In this document: piece after piece, positions 51,160-63,600 of the stretch
How positions within the stretch are numbered: the stretch's first letter is position 1
Layout: the number at the start of each line of letters is the position of its first letter
Assembly: GCA_030704615.1 (NCBI GenBank)
Contig: CM060734.1
Span: forward strand, 23,932,001-23,996,000
From: Takakia lepidozioides
Lineage: Eukaryota > Plantae > Bryophyta
Direction of reading: 5' to 3'
DNA length: 64,000 nucleotides
Program-made: the position numbers and the translations under genes
Notes under the pieces: generated by a model
What the model saw: only the letters and a program-made list of their open reading frames with translations
Databases searched by the model: none
Told to the model about the DNA's origin: nothing

Positions 51160-52448
51160 AGGATCGTGCCTCACCCAACACTGCGTGCACGGTTAGTGCG
51201 GCATGCCCATGAGGAGTTGGGGCATTTTGGAGTGCGATGCACTCGTAGTTTACTGCAGGGGCAGTATTGGTGGCGTGGTATGCACACAGAGGTGCAATAG
51301 TTCGTGGCTAGGTGCATGGTGTGTGACAGGGTGCGTGCTTCATTCAACGCCCCTACACCACAGTTGCATCCTTTACCCATCATGGGATTGGGCTACAGGT
51401 GGAGTCTTGACTTCGCAGGATCTTTGCCACTGACGATGCGTCACCACAGATATGTGTTGGTGATGGTGGAGCACTTCTCCAAGTGGATTGAGTTGGTTCC
51501 ATTGCCTGACAAGGCTAGTGAGGGGGCTACGTATGCATTCCTGCATCGTGTGCTTAGCCGATTCGGTGCTCCAGCTGAGGTACTCACGAACCAAGGGAGA
51601 GAGTTCTTGGGGGAGTTTCAGGCTTTGTGTGATAAAGCCTTGATAGACCACCGTACCACTTCTCGGAATCACCCTGAGGCCGATGGCTTGGCAGAGAGAG
51701 TGGTTCAGACAGTGAAGAGGGGTTTGCGCAAGTATGGCTTGCAAAAATGACTCCTAGGAGATTGGGATCTTCAGGTACCTTGGTAAGCCATGGGCTACAC
51801 GTTCTGCAAGCAAGCATCACTTGCCTCATTCTCACCGTATTTCCTTCTCTTTGGCCGAGAGCCGGATTTGCCTGCATCTATTCGTAGGGAGGCTGCAGTA
51901 GTCCTCAACCTTGATGATCCGGATGTGTGGACACAAGCATGTGCCCAGCGGGCAGAGTTGTTCAAGAGAGTCATGCCTATGGCTTTTGAGAATCTTGCTA
52001 TTGCCCAACACCGAGACACATTGAGGTATGCCACTATACGTGGAGGGGATATCGGCCAGGTGTTCGGCATTTCCACCCTGGGGACTATGTGTATCTGCAG
52101 CAGACAACGCCTACAACCTTGGATGTCACAACAGAACGTGTGATTCTAAGGGTCAGGGAGGTGTTGCCTTCAGGAGTGTTGATTCTGGAGGGTCGAGATG
52201 GCATGGTATGGAAGGACCATGTGCGTAATTGTGCGCCATATCACCTTCCACATGTGGATGGGAGGATAGATCCCAACCTTGCAGTGGTACCTGTAGGGTT
52301 GCGTTGCATGCTATGTGGGCATGCTCGTGGTGCCGTCACTATGTTGGTGTGTGATCGATGCTCAAGAGGTTGGCACATGAGATGCTTGACACCACCTCTT
52401 GAGAGGGTTCCTGATGGAGATTGGTTATGTCCACACTGCTTGGGATAG
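51160..52448 (+). pseudogene. Gypsy integrase (HHCC and rve core) with C-terminal PHD finger
   Basis: HAHEELGHFG...YWWRGM...CMVC; WSLDFAG; DGLAER. PHD CMLC...CDRCSRGWHMRCLTPPLERVPDGDWLCPHC has an intact C4HC3 (~52302-52440). Confidence 0.93.
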
Positions 52449-52708
52449 TGGCAGTGGATATGACTAGTGGCAGCTCACAAGGCATGGGAGGCCAAGCTCA
52501 TAGGAGTCAATACCCAAGATCTCAGGCTCAAATTCACAGGTTGCAAGACGACGACTAACGATGGGGCAACTCTTGTACCCGGCCTCTTGATCTATTGAGT
52601 TTGAGTGTAGTAGGGACAATGGTGGAGGACTTAGTGAGGCTATGGCCACTATCACATCTTGTGGCTACCTGGACTTAGAGGGACCTAAGCGCCAGCTAGG
52701 GGGGCGAT

Positions 52709-53045
52709 TGTGATGGACTAGTGGCAGCCTAGTGGTGGACTAGTGGCTGCACTAGTGGTGGCTAGTGGCAGCCTAGTGGTTGGACTAGTGGCTGCGCTAG
52801 TGGTGGACTAGTGACAACCTAGTGATGGACTAGTGGCTGCACTAGTGGTGGCTAGTGGCAGCCAAGTGATGAACTAGTGGCTGCACTAGTCGTGGCTAGT
52901 GACAGCCTAGTGATGGACTAGTGGTTGCACTAGTGGTGGCTAGTGGCAGCCTAGTGGTTGGACCAGTGGCTGCACTAGTGGTGACTAGTGGTTGTCTAGT
53001 GGCAGCCTAGTGGTGGACTAGTGGTGGACTAGTGATAGATTAGTG
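52709..53045. repeat. LTR-internal tandem array of ~30 CTAGTG subunits, ~11-bp period, 44-bp higher-order unit
   Basis: 27 exact CTAG plus 3 variants counted by eye between 52718 and 53040; GCAGC/GCTGC and GTG/ATG linkers alternate. Confidence 0.92.
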
Positions 53046-53710
53046 TTTGGTGTGCACATATGTTGTGTGGTTTTGGACAGTGATGTAGTTGTGTTGCGAT
53101 ATGTATGCGCACGACAGCTGTCAAGTTATTTTATCACTAGTGTGAAGTTAACTAGGAAATAGCTAGCTTTTATATATTGATATTTGGGATTGACCCAAGT
53201 GTCAATCCAGGGGCCAATACATGTTTGGGCACCTGGCGTTGTTATCTTCACGGCAGATCGCGGTGGGCTCATCTTTCTCGAGTTGAGCCTCACCGCGTCT
53301 AGCTATGGCGCCGTAGTGTGGATTCCCCATGGCGTGGGGTGCACTTGGCTCGACTTAATATATGAGTGATGTTTTCATGTGTAAGTATGTGAGTTAGAGA
53401 GAGCTTGTGTGCTTGTATTATTCTTTTCTTTATCATTGTGATGGACTAGTGGTAGCCTAGTGGTGGACTAGTGGCTGCACTAGTGGTGGCTAGTGGCAGC
53501 CTAGTGATGGATTAGTGGCTGTGTCGAGCGGCTTTTACTCACCCATCCCTTCGCTATCCGAGGTGGAAACTCATGGCAGAAAACCCGAGCGCTATAGTGT
53601 ATTGCCCTCCTCACGAGCATAGAGCTACATTTTCGTGCAGATGGGAGATCTGCCGGGTGATGGAGAAATATCACTACGTTTGATACCACCTGAAACCGGG
53701 GTCGGTATTT

Positions 53711-56235
53711 TTGGAGGAGGAAAGGAAGGATTCAAACGGAGTTGTAGTCGAAAGTATTGTTGTGCTCCACGATGATTTCGACTACGGCAGGGAATGGCGA
53801 GTTCCACCATCGGACAACGTCATATACAGGGTTGTTGGGGACTTCATTTGCCCGCCAAATGCGCCTTCTATCCTAGCGCCTTCCACAAAAGAATCCGCGA
53901 ATCAGAGAGTGGGCACCTCAAAGAGAGAAGTCCACAACGAAGTAAATCCAGAGCCGAACCCATCAATGAAGACGAGCGAGAACCGGGTTGTTCACAACCT
54001 GTCCGACTCCGACGAGGTCATGGAAGTTCCGAGATCATCTTGGAGATCAGGCAAGTCCTCAATGGACATCAGCGGACGAGGGAGTCATATTCCCAGCACG
54101 AACACATCAGTTCGATCCATTCTTGAAATTCTTCAAGGGCTTCACATGGAGGGACACCGCACGGAGCTGGCTGGGCTGGACTACAACAAGTTCGCCATTA
54201 AATCCGTTACATGCCTTCCCGCAGACGTCGACGGTAATATGTTCTTTGAGTTCCCTCCTCGAATGGACTATTCGAGGGCGTCCGGAATGTTGACAGATAT
54301 GGATAGGAAACATGATGGTCATCCTTGGTGCATCACCAAAACCACCAGCATGAAGATACTCGATGGTGTGCGGGTGCGCTACGTTGTATGTGCGGGCGCG
54401 TTGCGGTGTTTCTCCCCAACTTGCTTCCACTTTAAATCCAGAGGTCACAGGAACGAGACGGATTGGACAGGCACAACTCATCAACCATTTTGTGCTCAGG
54501 AGAAGGTTCCAAACTCCACATTTAAGTGTGCGCATTGCAAAGAACCACCACATTGCATGTCTGTTTGTAATGCCAAGCAGTTCTATGTGTTGCACCGTTT
54601 CCCTGACCTCACACGAGCTTGCATACACGTTGGTTCCCATTGTCACAAATTGGCGAGGGGGAACTCGCGGGAGGCTACCCACGAGGCAGAGCAGCTCATT
54701 CAAGAGGAGGTTAGGTTGAGACCTGGTGCCAAACCCAAACAGATACAGCTGCAGACCGCCCATAAGATGGCATTGGCCAGAATTATGTCGGAAGACGGCT
54801 CCGACAGAGTTCCTCTCGATGAGAAGGAAATAGAGGCATTGCTGGAGTCGGTGTCCCACGTCTGTTCACCGAATGTCCGAAACCACATTGTCTCCTACAA
54901 ACAGAAAATTGGGCGTGGCTCGGATATGCACTCCATTCTGGAGGTGAAGCGATGATGTGGATATGGCTACATTCATGGAAATAGGTTTCTTGGACAAGGG
55001 ACTGAGGCAGATCGTTGTTTCATATTCAAAATGTCCACGTGTGGGCTTGGCAGCGGCGTCGAACTGGTCGACCGGATGACGAGTGGGGACTTGTCAAACA
55101 GTTGGGTCATGTTCGACCATATCAAGCGAATTACAAATCACCTGTGGGTGACAATGGTTGCACATGTCTACGACACCCACTGCAGGATGCTCATGACAAT
55201 TGCTATTTGTGAGATGAAAGGAGAGGACACACAATCAGAGATGCTTCTTTGGCAGGGAATAAACAAACAGATGGCTAGGGCGGGATTGCCCCCTCCCAAT
55301 TTCCGTGGTTTCATGGCGGACAACGCACATGCAAATTGGGCTGCCATCCGAAGGGTGTACGGGGAAGACCCCAATGTTCCGATGGAAGGCAAGGAGAGAT
55401 CTTGTGGGTTCCATTTTCTGCCGAGCTTGTCGCAGTACACAACTCGGCTCGTGGCGCCAGATTTCAGAGAGGAGCACCGTTCCATGTGTCTTGCGTGGAA
55501 GCGTGCTCCCACCTTGGATGATGCAGAGACACAATTTGCATGTATACGGGCTTGGTGGACAACGTCAGGTGCTGTAAAGAAATCAAACGAGGGAGCAATG
55601 GTCAGTTGGCTAGCATGGTGGCATTATCGTTGATTCAGGGAATGCCGGAGCCTCCGGGCGTCTGGCCTGTTGCACCGGGTAACAACCTCTCTCAGAATGA
55701 AGCAGATGCTCTTTCTGCAGCATGATTTCGAATGGTGCAACGCACAGACGTCCCGGCCCATTCGTTTCCAGTTCCTCAGACCCAACCATTGCAGACTACT
55801 CGGTCCAGTAGAGACGGATTGGACAATTCTGCACATCCCACAATGCGATTCGGAAGAGTGAAGAGACGACACCCTCCTAACAAGTTGAATGAGACTCGGA
55901 TTGCCAATGCTCTTGGGATGGCTTGCACTATTCAGAGCTCTGTGGACGTACCCCCACCCGGCCTTGGGCGTGTTTATCAGATGGCAACGGTCGGCTCAGC
56001 TGTACGCGACGACGTATACACAATTACGATTGGAGTGGAGCCGACTTGCAATTGTACGGACTTCTCGTTGATGGAAGCAAAGAAGGGGTCAAAGTATTAT
56101 CCGTGCAAGCATCTGTATTACATTTACTTGAAGAGGTTGAGGATGAACTTGACCATTGATGACTTTATTCATGCACTCGCGTTGAGCGTGAACGAGCTGC
56201 ACAAACTCCTCAGCCGGGATTCCAGAAATCATTGA
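53711..56235 (+). mobile_element. Mutator-like (MULE) transposase pseudogene: GCM-like Cys-rich domain, DDE core, SWIM finger
   Basis: DGHPW...CAGALRC...C..C..HVGSHCH; WVMFDH; FMADNAHANWAAIRRVY...CGFHF; SWIM CNCTDF...PCKHLY. Confidence 0.8.
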
Positions 56236-56449
56236 TGGGGAAAAGGGAATCCACCATATGGTTATTTGCAATTGCATTTTGATGCATTAGACTTTGTTTT
56301 GCAGTGTAATGAATTGCACCCCAAAACTCCTGGAATGATACAGACAATATTAAAGTGGTCTTTTAAACACTAGGGACTGTTGGATATCCGTTGACGTCCA
56401 GTGGCAATTCAATGTCGAAACAGAATCAATACAAAGATGGTGGCAGGAA

Positions 56450-57076
56450 AAATTTGCAAATCTTCCAGAAGACTGAGTTCCAACAGTTGCAGTTGAGGGG
56501 GCCATTTTTAGAAAAATGGTGCCGAATTTCCCTTTTTTGGGCCGAAAACTGGCTAAGTCCCAACATTGTCTGGAAACGATGTCTGGAAACGATGGCGCCG
56601 AATTTCCAGTTACATGGCCCAGAACTGCCCAACATTTGTGCAATGCCCGGCACCATGTACCAAAATTCGGCGCCACATTTTCAAATTTTGGGCTTACACT
56701 TCAATGAAGTTGGGACCTATAACCGCAAAATTCGGCACCATTTTTCGCCGGAGACACCTATCACCGCGCATTACGTCGCCGATTTTTCTGCTTGCGGAAC
56801 CTATTACCGCGAAATTCAGCGCCATTTTTGCAGATGTCGCTCGGAATTCGCATGAGCGGAAGACGAAATATCATGAGCACGGCTCTCAAAACTACAATTT
56901 CTACTTCAAACAATGAAAATTATATTGGTTTTTTTTTTTAAAAAAAAATTTACACATCCCATTAAAATAATATTTTTAATGTTTTTTATTTGCAGAATTT
57001 GTACTTCTGCTCATGAAAACCGATTGTCTTACTTACTCCGCTCATGCCGCTCATGCTCATGAAATAGCTAACCTCT
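56450..57076. repeat. Subterminal-type repeats (AAATTCGGCRCCA in both orientations; GCTCATG) at the probable MULE end
   Basis: At least 6 AAATTCGGCRCCA-like copies at 56518-56825; CATGAGC/GCTCATG cluster at 56850-57062. Confidence 0.6.
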
Positions 57077-57089
57077 GGAGAGAGGGGAG

Positions 57090-59580
57090 TGAATAGAGTC
57101 CATTGTATTTCGAAGCAAGGTGTTTGAGGAGCTCTTGAAAGATTAGCCCAAGACGTCCAGGATCGTTGAGGGCCTCTAGAAGTTGTGAGCCTAGGGTGCG
57201 GGCATATGAGATAATTAAGGGGCTAGATCATATACCGTAGTTATCCTCCGGAAGCTGAGTGAGAGCATTTGGGGTACTGGTGGGTAAGCCACATATTCGT
57301 TTGGTTAGTTGGATAATATTTTTGTCAAGTTGTTTGATGTCGGGTAAAGATAAGGGGGCCGGGTGGAAGACATATTGGGCTTGTGGTTTGAGTGTTTTTT
57401 GGATGATAGCTAGTTTGGGACAGATGGATATTGGGGATTTGAGCAATGCTAAACTGTTGTTGGTTAGTTTGGCAATTGTTGTGCTCTTCTGTATGTGCCT
57501 GGTGAGTGAAAGGGACTAATTGAATGCCAAAATATGTGTAAGGTTCGTCTAGCCCCATGAAGGGGAAGGGTTTGTGTTGGTAGTATGTGGAGCTTACAGT
57601 TGGAGGCTATCGTGGATTTTGTGAATTTGCTGCGATGAGTGGCTACAGTGGCACGCATTTATGTAGGCTAAGCTCCATACCAGATGGTTGAAGCGGGATA
57701 GTTTGTCAACCTGACGGTTAAGGTGTTGAGGTTTGTTTGCAAGAATGGCAAGGTCGTCGGCATATGCGGCTGCAGAGATTTCATTAGCAGAGGTTTTGTA
57801 TTGGTATCCTAAGTTGCCGCGAGCCAACTCTTAATAGGGATTCGAGAAAAATGATAAATAGGTAGGGGCTCAGTGTGTCCCCTTGGATAGTGCCTCACAG
57901 TATGGGGATAGGAGAGGTAGAGCCATAATAGGAGCCGAAGTACTCGGTGGTGTTGTTAGTGTAGATATTACCAATGAGTTGTATAGCATCGGTAGGGTAG
58001 CCTAGATCTGTCATGATGGCAAGTAAGCGTGGGCGGTCCAAGGATCCCAAGGCGTTTTTAAAGTCAATGTAGAGGAGATAAATGTCTTGTTTGGTAAGTT
58101 TCGCGTCTTCTAGAGCAGATATAACATATTGGATTTGTCTGGTAGTGCTACGTGTAGCTCGGAAACCTTCTTGGGGGTCACTTAGAATACGATGTTGTTT
58201 GCCATAGTTAGAGAGCATCGTGGTTAGTGTACTTGTGAATAACTTGTATGTAGTGTTTGCAAGGGCTATGGGCCTGTAGTTGCTAAGATCAGTGGGGTCA
58301 CCCTTTTTAAATAATAGGATGGTCCGGCTATGCTTCCAGGTCATCTACAACACAAGAAATGACTAAGAGTGTCCTAGCCACATGCTCTGTTCCCCCCGAC
58401 CTCCCTCAGACCACACAATCAAGCAAAATGGAGGATATCTCACACGTACACAAAAACAAGAATGGACCTCCCACCTTAACACCTACCACACCATACGTCG
58501 TGCTCTCACCATTATAAACACCTCACCCATGACTCATCCTTCTAATAACTGGAGAACTGACCCTCGCATAAACCACTTAAATACTATACCTACCTGCCAA
58601 CCACTTATGCCCCCACCCGATGACCCATCCACCCTCCCTCGTTGGATTGCCTCCATCTCTAGGTTGGGGCGTGAAGCCAAAAAAACTACTTACATTATTA
58701 CAAAACAAAAAGCCACCGACAACCACAAGAAATTTGTCGCCTCCTTTGGCCAGCTACTTCATGATCATCCTAAAAGAGCCCACAAAGCCATCTTCAATCC
58801 TGCAATCAACCCACCTATCGATTGTCTTAAACACCGATTAAGCCACTTGCTAAGCAAACCGGACGATATCAAAAATGAAATCTGGCTCCAAGCCTCGAAA
58901 TCCTACACACCCACCGTGGCTAACTGTTTATATCCTAACCAACATACACCCATTGTTTATGTAGAGTCAAACACTACCCATGGCATGATCTTGACGGCTT
59001 TTTACTAGAAAAGCGAGGCTCCCCCACAGACCGTATTCTTGACCTATTCACAGCAGACCTATATGACTCCTGCCTGAAAGCACTATCCAAAGCAAAGGCC
59101 CCGGGCCCGGATCTCATTCCCAACTCCATTCTACGAGTGGCCAAGTAGTGCTATGTCCCTATTGAAGTCTCTTGCGAGTATGATATGATAATGCTTGTAG
59201 TAATAATGTGAGAGATAATGGTGAGTATGTCTGGGATGAGGGGTAGGTTGTCTGTATTTGAAGTACGAGGGTAATAGGGCACAATGCGGGGAGGTGTAAT
59301 TGGATAATTTGAAGGTGAGACCGGAGGGGGAGGTGGTGGTGGTGGGGGAGTGGTTAGTGCAGAGGATACCAAGTGCGACTCCGCCCCTAATGGGTTTGTA
59401 TGGCGCAGAACGTCGTGAAAGGCATTGTTGGGCCGTTGGGGGTTACCATACAAAAGGTAATTGGGTAGAATTTTATTTATATAAGAACTAGTGGTATTGG
59501 TGGTGTGTAGCTTGGTTTCTTGTAGGAGTAAGATGTGGGGCAGTGTAGTGTCGATGAGAAGTTGGAGCATTCCCACACAC
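57090..59580 (-). mobile_element. LINE ORF2 remnant (same family as 39.9-42.8 kb): APE endonuclease, inverted linker, RT
   Basis: APE LLLQETKL and a DFN-type motif (59580-59150, minus); RT WKHSRTILL...AYADDL (58344-57090, minus); linker ending KAPGPDLIPN on the plus strand (58345-59137). Confidence 0.88.
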
Positions 59581-60039
59581 GAATGTTGCCCCCCCACCTC
59601 AATGCCCCTGCCAATGCCCTCACTACACCATGCCACTGGATTAATTCACGCCAGACCCAACCCACTGCAACATTAGCGCATCAGCCGTCTTTGCCCCACC
59701 AAATTACTTGCATACACAAAGCACGAGACCACCCAAGCTGGCAATGCAGTAACTGTAATGCCCAATCTCCGTTGCAACTTGTTGGCAACCCACACTATCT
59801 CACCGCCACCACAAAGCAAATTCCATACATAAAGGCCAGTACCGCACTTACCCACCCACCCACTAAGTACACTCCTCCTTCCCACTATCTCTCACGCCTC
59901 TCCCCTCCTAGCTCCATTGCTCCACCACAACATACCTCCATGCTTGTATCACTCTAAACCAAGTAGCACCCTGAACCAAGTTCGTGTCAACAGTAGACCC
60001 CCTGCTCAACAGGCTTAGCACCCCATAGGCTGCACACCC

Positions 60040-62183
60040 TCAACCTCTACACTCTAGTGAAACAAGATACGGCCAAGATGAGCAACGAAGACGAAGGCTC
60101 TGCTCAGTTGAGCCAATTGAAGAAGACAAAGAGGTCAGTGACATGCACGTCTCCGATGAGCAATACTTTGCTGACGACCAAGTACTACAACCCAGGTCCG
60201 CCCGAGACCCAATAGAGATCACCAATGAAGAGGTCAACTCGCCCCAGGAAATGCGATCATCCAAGGCCGATTTCTCTCCCCAACGAGGAGCCCCTCCGCC
60301 TACAATATCCAGCATGCCAGCAAGGGCGGTTCATGCCAGCCCCAACCTCAAGCGACTTTCCAACACCGTCAATAGTGACGAAGGCAGCTCACACTCCGAA
60401 CCCAAGAAATCCAGGGGCCCCCCCTCAAACGAACATCCGCCAATTCTTGAAGGCACTAACTCCCAGCCCTCGCCGCAACTGTGGATGGGCTATCAGGTCC
60501 TCCAGCAACATGCGTTGGACACGAAATTGCCCATAAGCTCCGACAGCTCGGGCTAAAGGCCTCCAAAATCCATGAACTCATGTACTGCTTGAAAGTTTTT
60601 CCCCACGTACCACAATTATATTTCCCTGCCACTAGACCAGATGGGAAAGATGCTGTACCCACTCACCCAGCTTCCAAAGGGCACAAACGTTGACCCTGAA
60701 TCGGGTCTGTCTGCAATACCACATCACATAATCATACGATTTGACAAGGATACAGACATGCCCAAGGAGCAGGCTCTATACCGTGCAAAGAAAAGGTTCG
60801 CAGATATGAACATCCCCTTGGGGAATGTTTTGTACTCCCCAATCACGGCATACACCAAACATGCAAGCAAATTATGGTTAGGGTTACTCAAAGTCGAGCT
60901 GCTGAACCCGGCAACTGACGGGATTGCGCTGCTCAAGGGCAACAGGGCCTTTGTTATGGAGATGGCTTCTGGGATCAAGCTGCAAGGTAAAATTGAAAAG
61001 GCCTTTGACCTGCTGGCATCCCCGGAGTACCTCTCTCTTTACTTGAACAGTGAGACACTGCTGGGCACCATCAGTTACAAGCTCACAATGCACTTCATCA
61101 TGGAAACGTACTACTACGGTGACGAGTTCGAAATGCCCTGACAAAAAGTTCTGTTTTATTTACTTAGCTGCCGTGGATACAAAAAAACGCATGCTGGAAA
61201 TGGGAGTCCGCATCGACCACACCTTCATCAGGCCGCAGGTGCGTACCCGCTGAGGCAACACGACAGGTTTTGCCACCACCCCCCAGGAGATAGTGGCAGA
61301 GAGGGATGCACTTACGCTTGATGTAAAAAGCTTGCACCCGTTACACTCCCAGGAGGTTATAGAAGCTGCTCTCAGGGATGCCTTCGGCAAAGATAACATC
61401 ATTCAAGTCTATTTCAGCAGAATCGCCCCAATGGAGAAAACCAAACACTCAGGCATGGCACTCATCACCTGCAAGAATCCCAACATATACACGCAGTGGT
61501 GTAACAAGCCCCCGACACAGGTGCTAGGCAGGCTGGTGAAATTCGAGCCACACACAAATAGCCTGAACGGCTCAGCACCCCCTGCCAACGAAATTCTGGA
61601 GCGCCTCCGAGTCACCATTATAAATCAAGCCCTGGCAGATACCGTCAACTCTATCAGCATTAAAACGGATCCGGGCCTCTGCAAAGGTCATGATACCATG
61701 ATGCTAGAAATAGACAGAAAGCTCACGGAACATGCCATCACCATCAAAACCGACATTAGAGGCGAGCTGGCTGCTATGGAATCTAGGGTGGCCGTCACCA
61801 TGGCAGCGCAACAAGAGGAGAATCACTCCTATCTAGTCTCTCTACAAGACTCTATCACAAAGAATCTGGGGGCCAATTTGGCCAACTTCTACAACCATGC
61901 GAACATGGTGTTAGACAAGCTCCCACTCCCACCCAGCAAGGTCACCATTTCCACGGGGCAAGGTGGCTCCAGCAACCCACCAGCCAGCCAAAACGGGGAA
62001 TTCCGGCCAATGGCCCTTCTTGCGCTGCAGCATGAGGGCCCTCATAAGTTGGGCACTGCTGGCCTCCTTGGCACTCAGCCTGCACCCGTGCCTGGGAGGC
62101 AAGGGCCCCCCGAGGCCCAGCACGCCACAGACACTACAAAAGGTGATTCCAATACCATGATAGCCAAGCACCCGAATGCGTAA
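60040..62183 (+). pseudogene. Probable LINE ORF1 (RRM-like plus coiled-coil), frameshifted
   Basis: Consecutive ORFs 60143, 60641 and 61293. LDVKSLHPLHSQEVIEAAL...GMALITC...VKFEPH is RRM-like and is followed by a heptad-like region; adjacent to LINE ORF2 pieces. Confidence 0.5.
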
Positions 62184-63270
62184 ACACAAAGAACACCCCT
62201 GCTCACCATATTACAACCTTTGGGCTACCCCCCAACAGTTGCCCAACACTTGCTACAGCCCTATCTAAACTCAAGACTTTCTCCGCCCCACAACTCATTT
62301 TCTCACTTGTCGTAACCATCTCCCCTCTACCAGAAATATGCAACGGATATTTTAACTCTCACTCGATCTCCAAAATCCGATCTCTCCTACGTCAACTAAG
62401 CTTGATGCCACCACTCTCTACTGAATACATGGCCCCCTCGCACTACTTAGCCGAGATCCATGCTTCCCTCAAACTACTTGACTCCCAAACCGGGGTTGTT
62501 CATAATATCTTGGGGGACCAACTGGCATCGGTCTCCACATTGTACCACGACCACAACCACATCACTCGCAAATTCCCATTCCTCTCTATAGACATTATTA
62601 CCACCACACTCAATGCAACCACCCCGATACCTGGATACGACCCTCCAGCCACACAAAACAGTCCCACTGACCCCCCTACCCCCCCCTCGCCCAGACATGA
62701 TCCCCCCACTTCCGAACTTGATCCTAGTACCCTCAGGGTGATGCTATTCTGTGAACAGATCCCGCGAGCAGAAAATTTCGTGAGCAGAAATCTGCTCACG
62801 CTTCAGGATCTGCCCACCTATAACCGCGGATGCCTACTCGACTTAGAAGACCTATTACTGCGCAGAGTGGCCAGTATTACAAGCTCGGTTATGGATGCTG
62901 CTGGGATGAATGAGGGATGAATGAGGGATGTCTGTCTGTATGATCAATGAGACATGGATGAATGAAATAAATGCAATAATACAAAGTTGTTTTGTAGTAG
63001 TAGCTCCGAAATCCCCCGAGCTCCGAAATCCTTTAAACCATGCTTGTCTTGCTTGCAAATCAATTGTGAAAGTGCAGTGTATATTGCCAACAATGAATCC
63101 ACATTGTTTTGTTGATTGAGGAGGAATTACTTGTCATTTTTCCAGGTATCCAAGGTTGAGAGAGAGGCTCACACCCAAATCTAAGTTTTTCCGTTGAATT
63201 GTCATGTGCTAACAGGGGCTACGAATTAAGCTGGCGTTGAGGACAGCTTAATGCCTGTTTCCCTGCGTAC

Positions 63271-63600
63271 ATGCTGATCGGTAAGGATAAATGTTGTAGC
63301 AGTCATCCATGGTTCAATTTTTCATCCCGGGAGTCTAGGCCTCACAAGTTCTGGTTTTGCCCTGATGACATTCAGCGTTGTGTGATGGGGACTTGTCGGG
63401 ATTCAGTCATCACTAAGCCTCAAATTCCAGCCGTGTGGCCAGTGAAGGTGGGAACATGTCTGTCGAAGCAAGAAATTGAGATGCTTAAGGATGTCGGGTT
63501 TCGTCTTCCAAGAGGCCCAACTGTCATAATACCAGCTTCATGTCGGGGTTCGCAATCTGCATTCCCCCCACGTCCACCACATGGGAACAACTGGCCTACG
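63271..63600 (+). pseudogene. Transposon-protein C-terminal fragment (FWFCPDDIQRC...WPVKVGT)
   Basis: Protein-like motif recalled from bryophyte transposon-associated proteins; not verified. Confidence 0.3.

Larger units (their letters stand above)
44652..53520 (+). mobile_element. Ty3/Gypsy LTR retrotransposon carrying a C5-cytosine DNA methyltransferase and a PHD finger (decayed)
   Basis: Partial 5' LTR 44652-44967, gag, DNMT, RT, integrase, PHD, PPT AGGGGGGCGAT, full 3' LTR 52709-53435 (TG...CA), then another LTR start 53437-53520. Confidence 0.93.
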
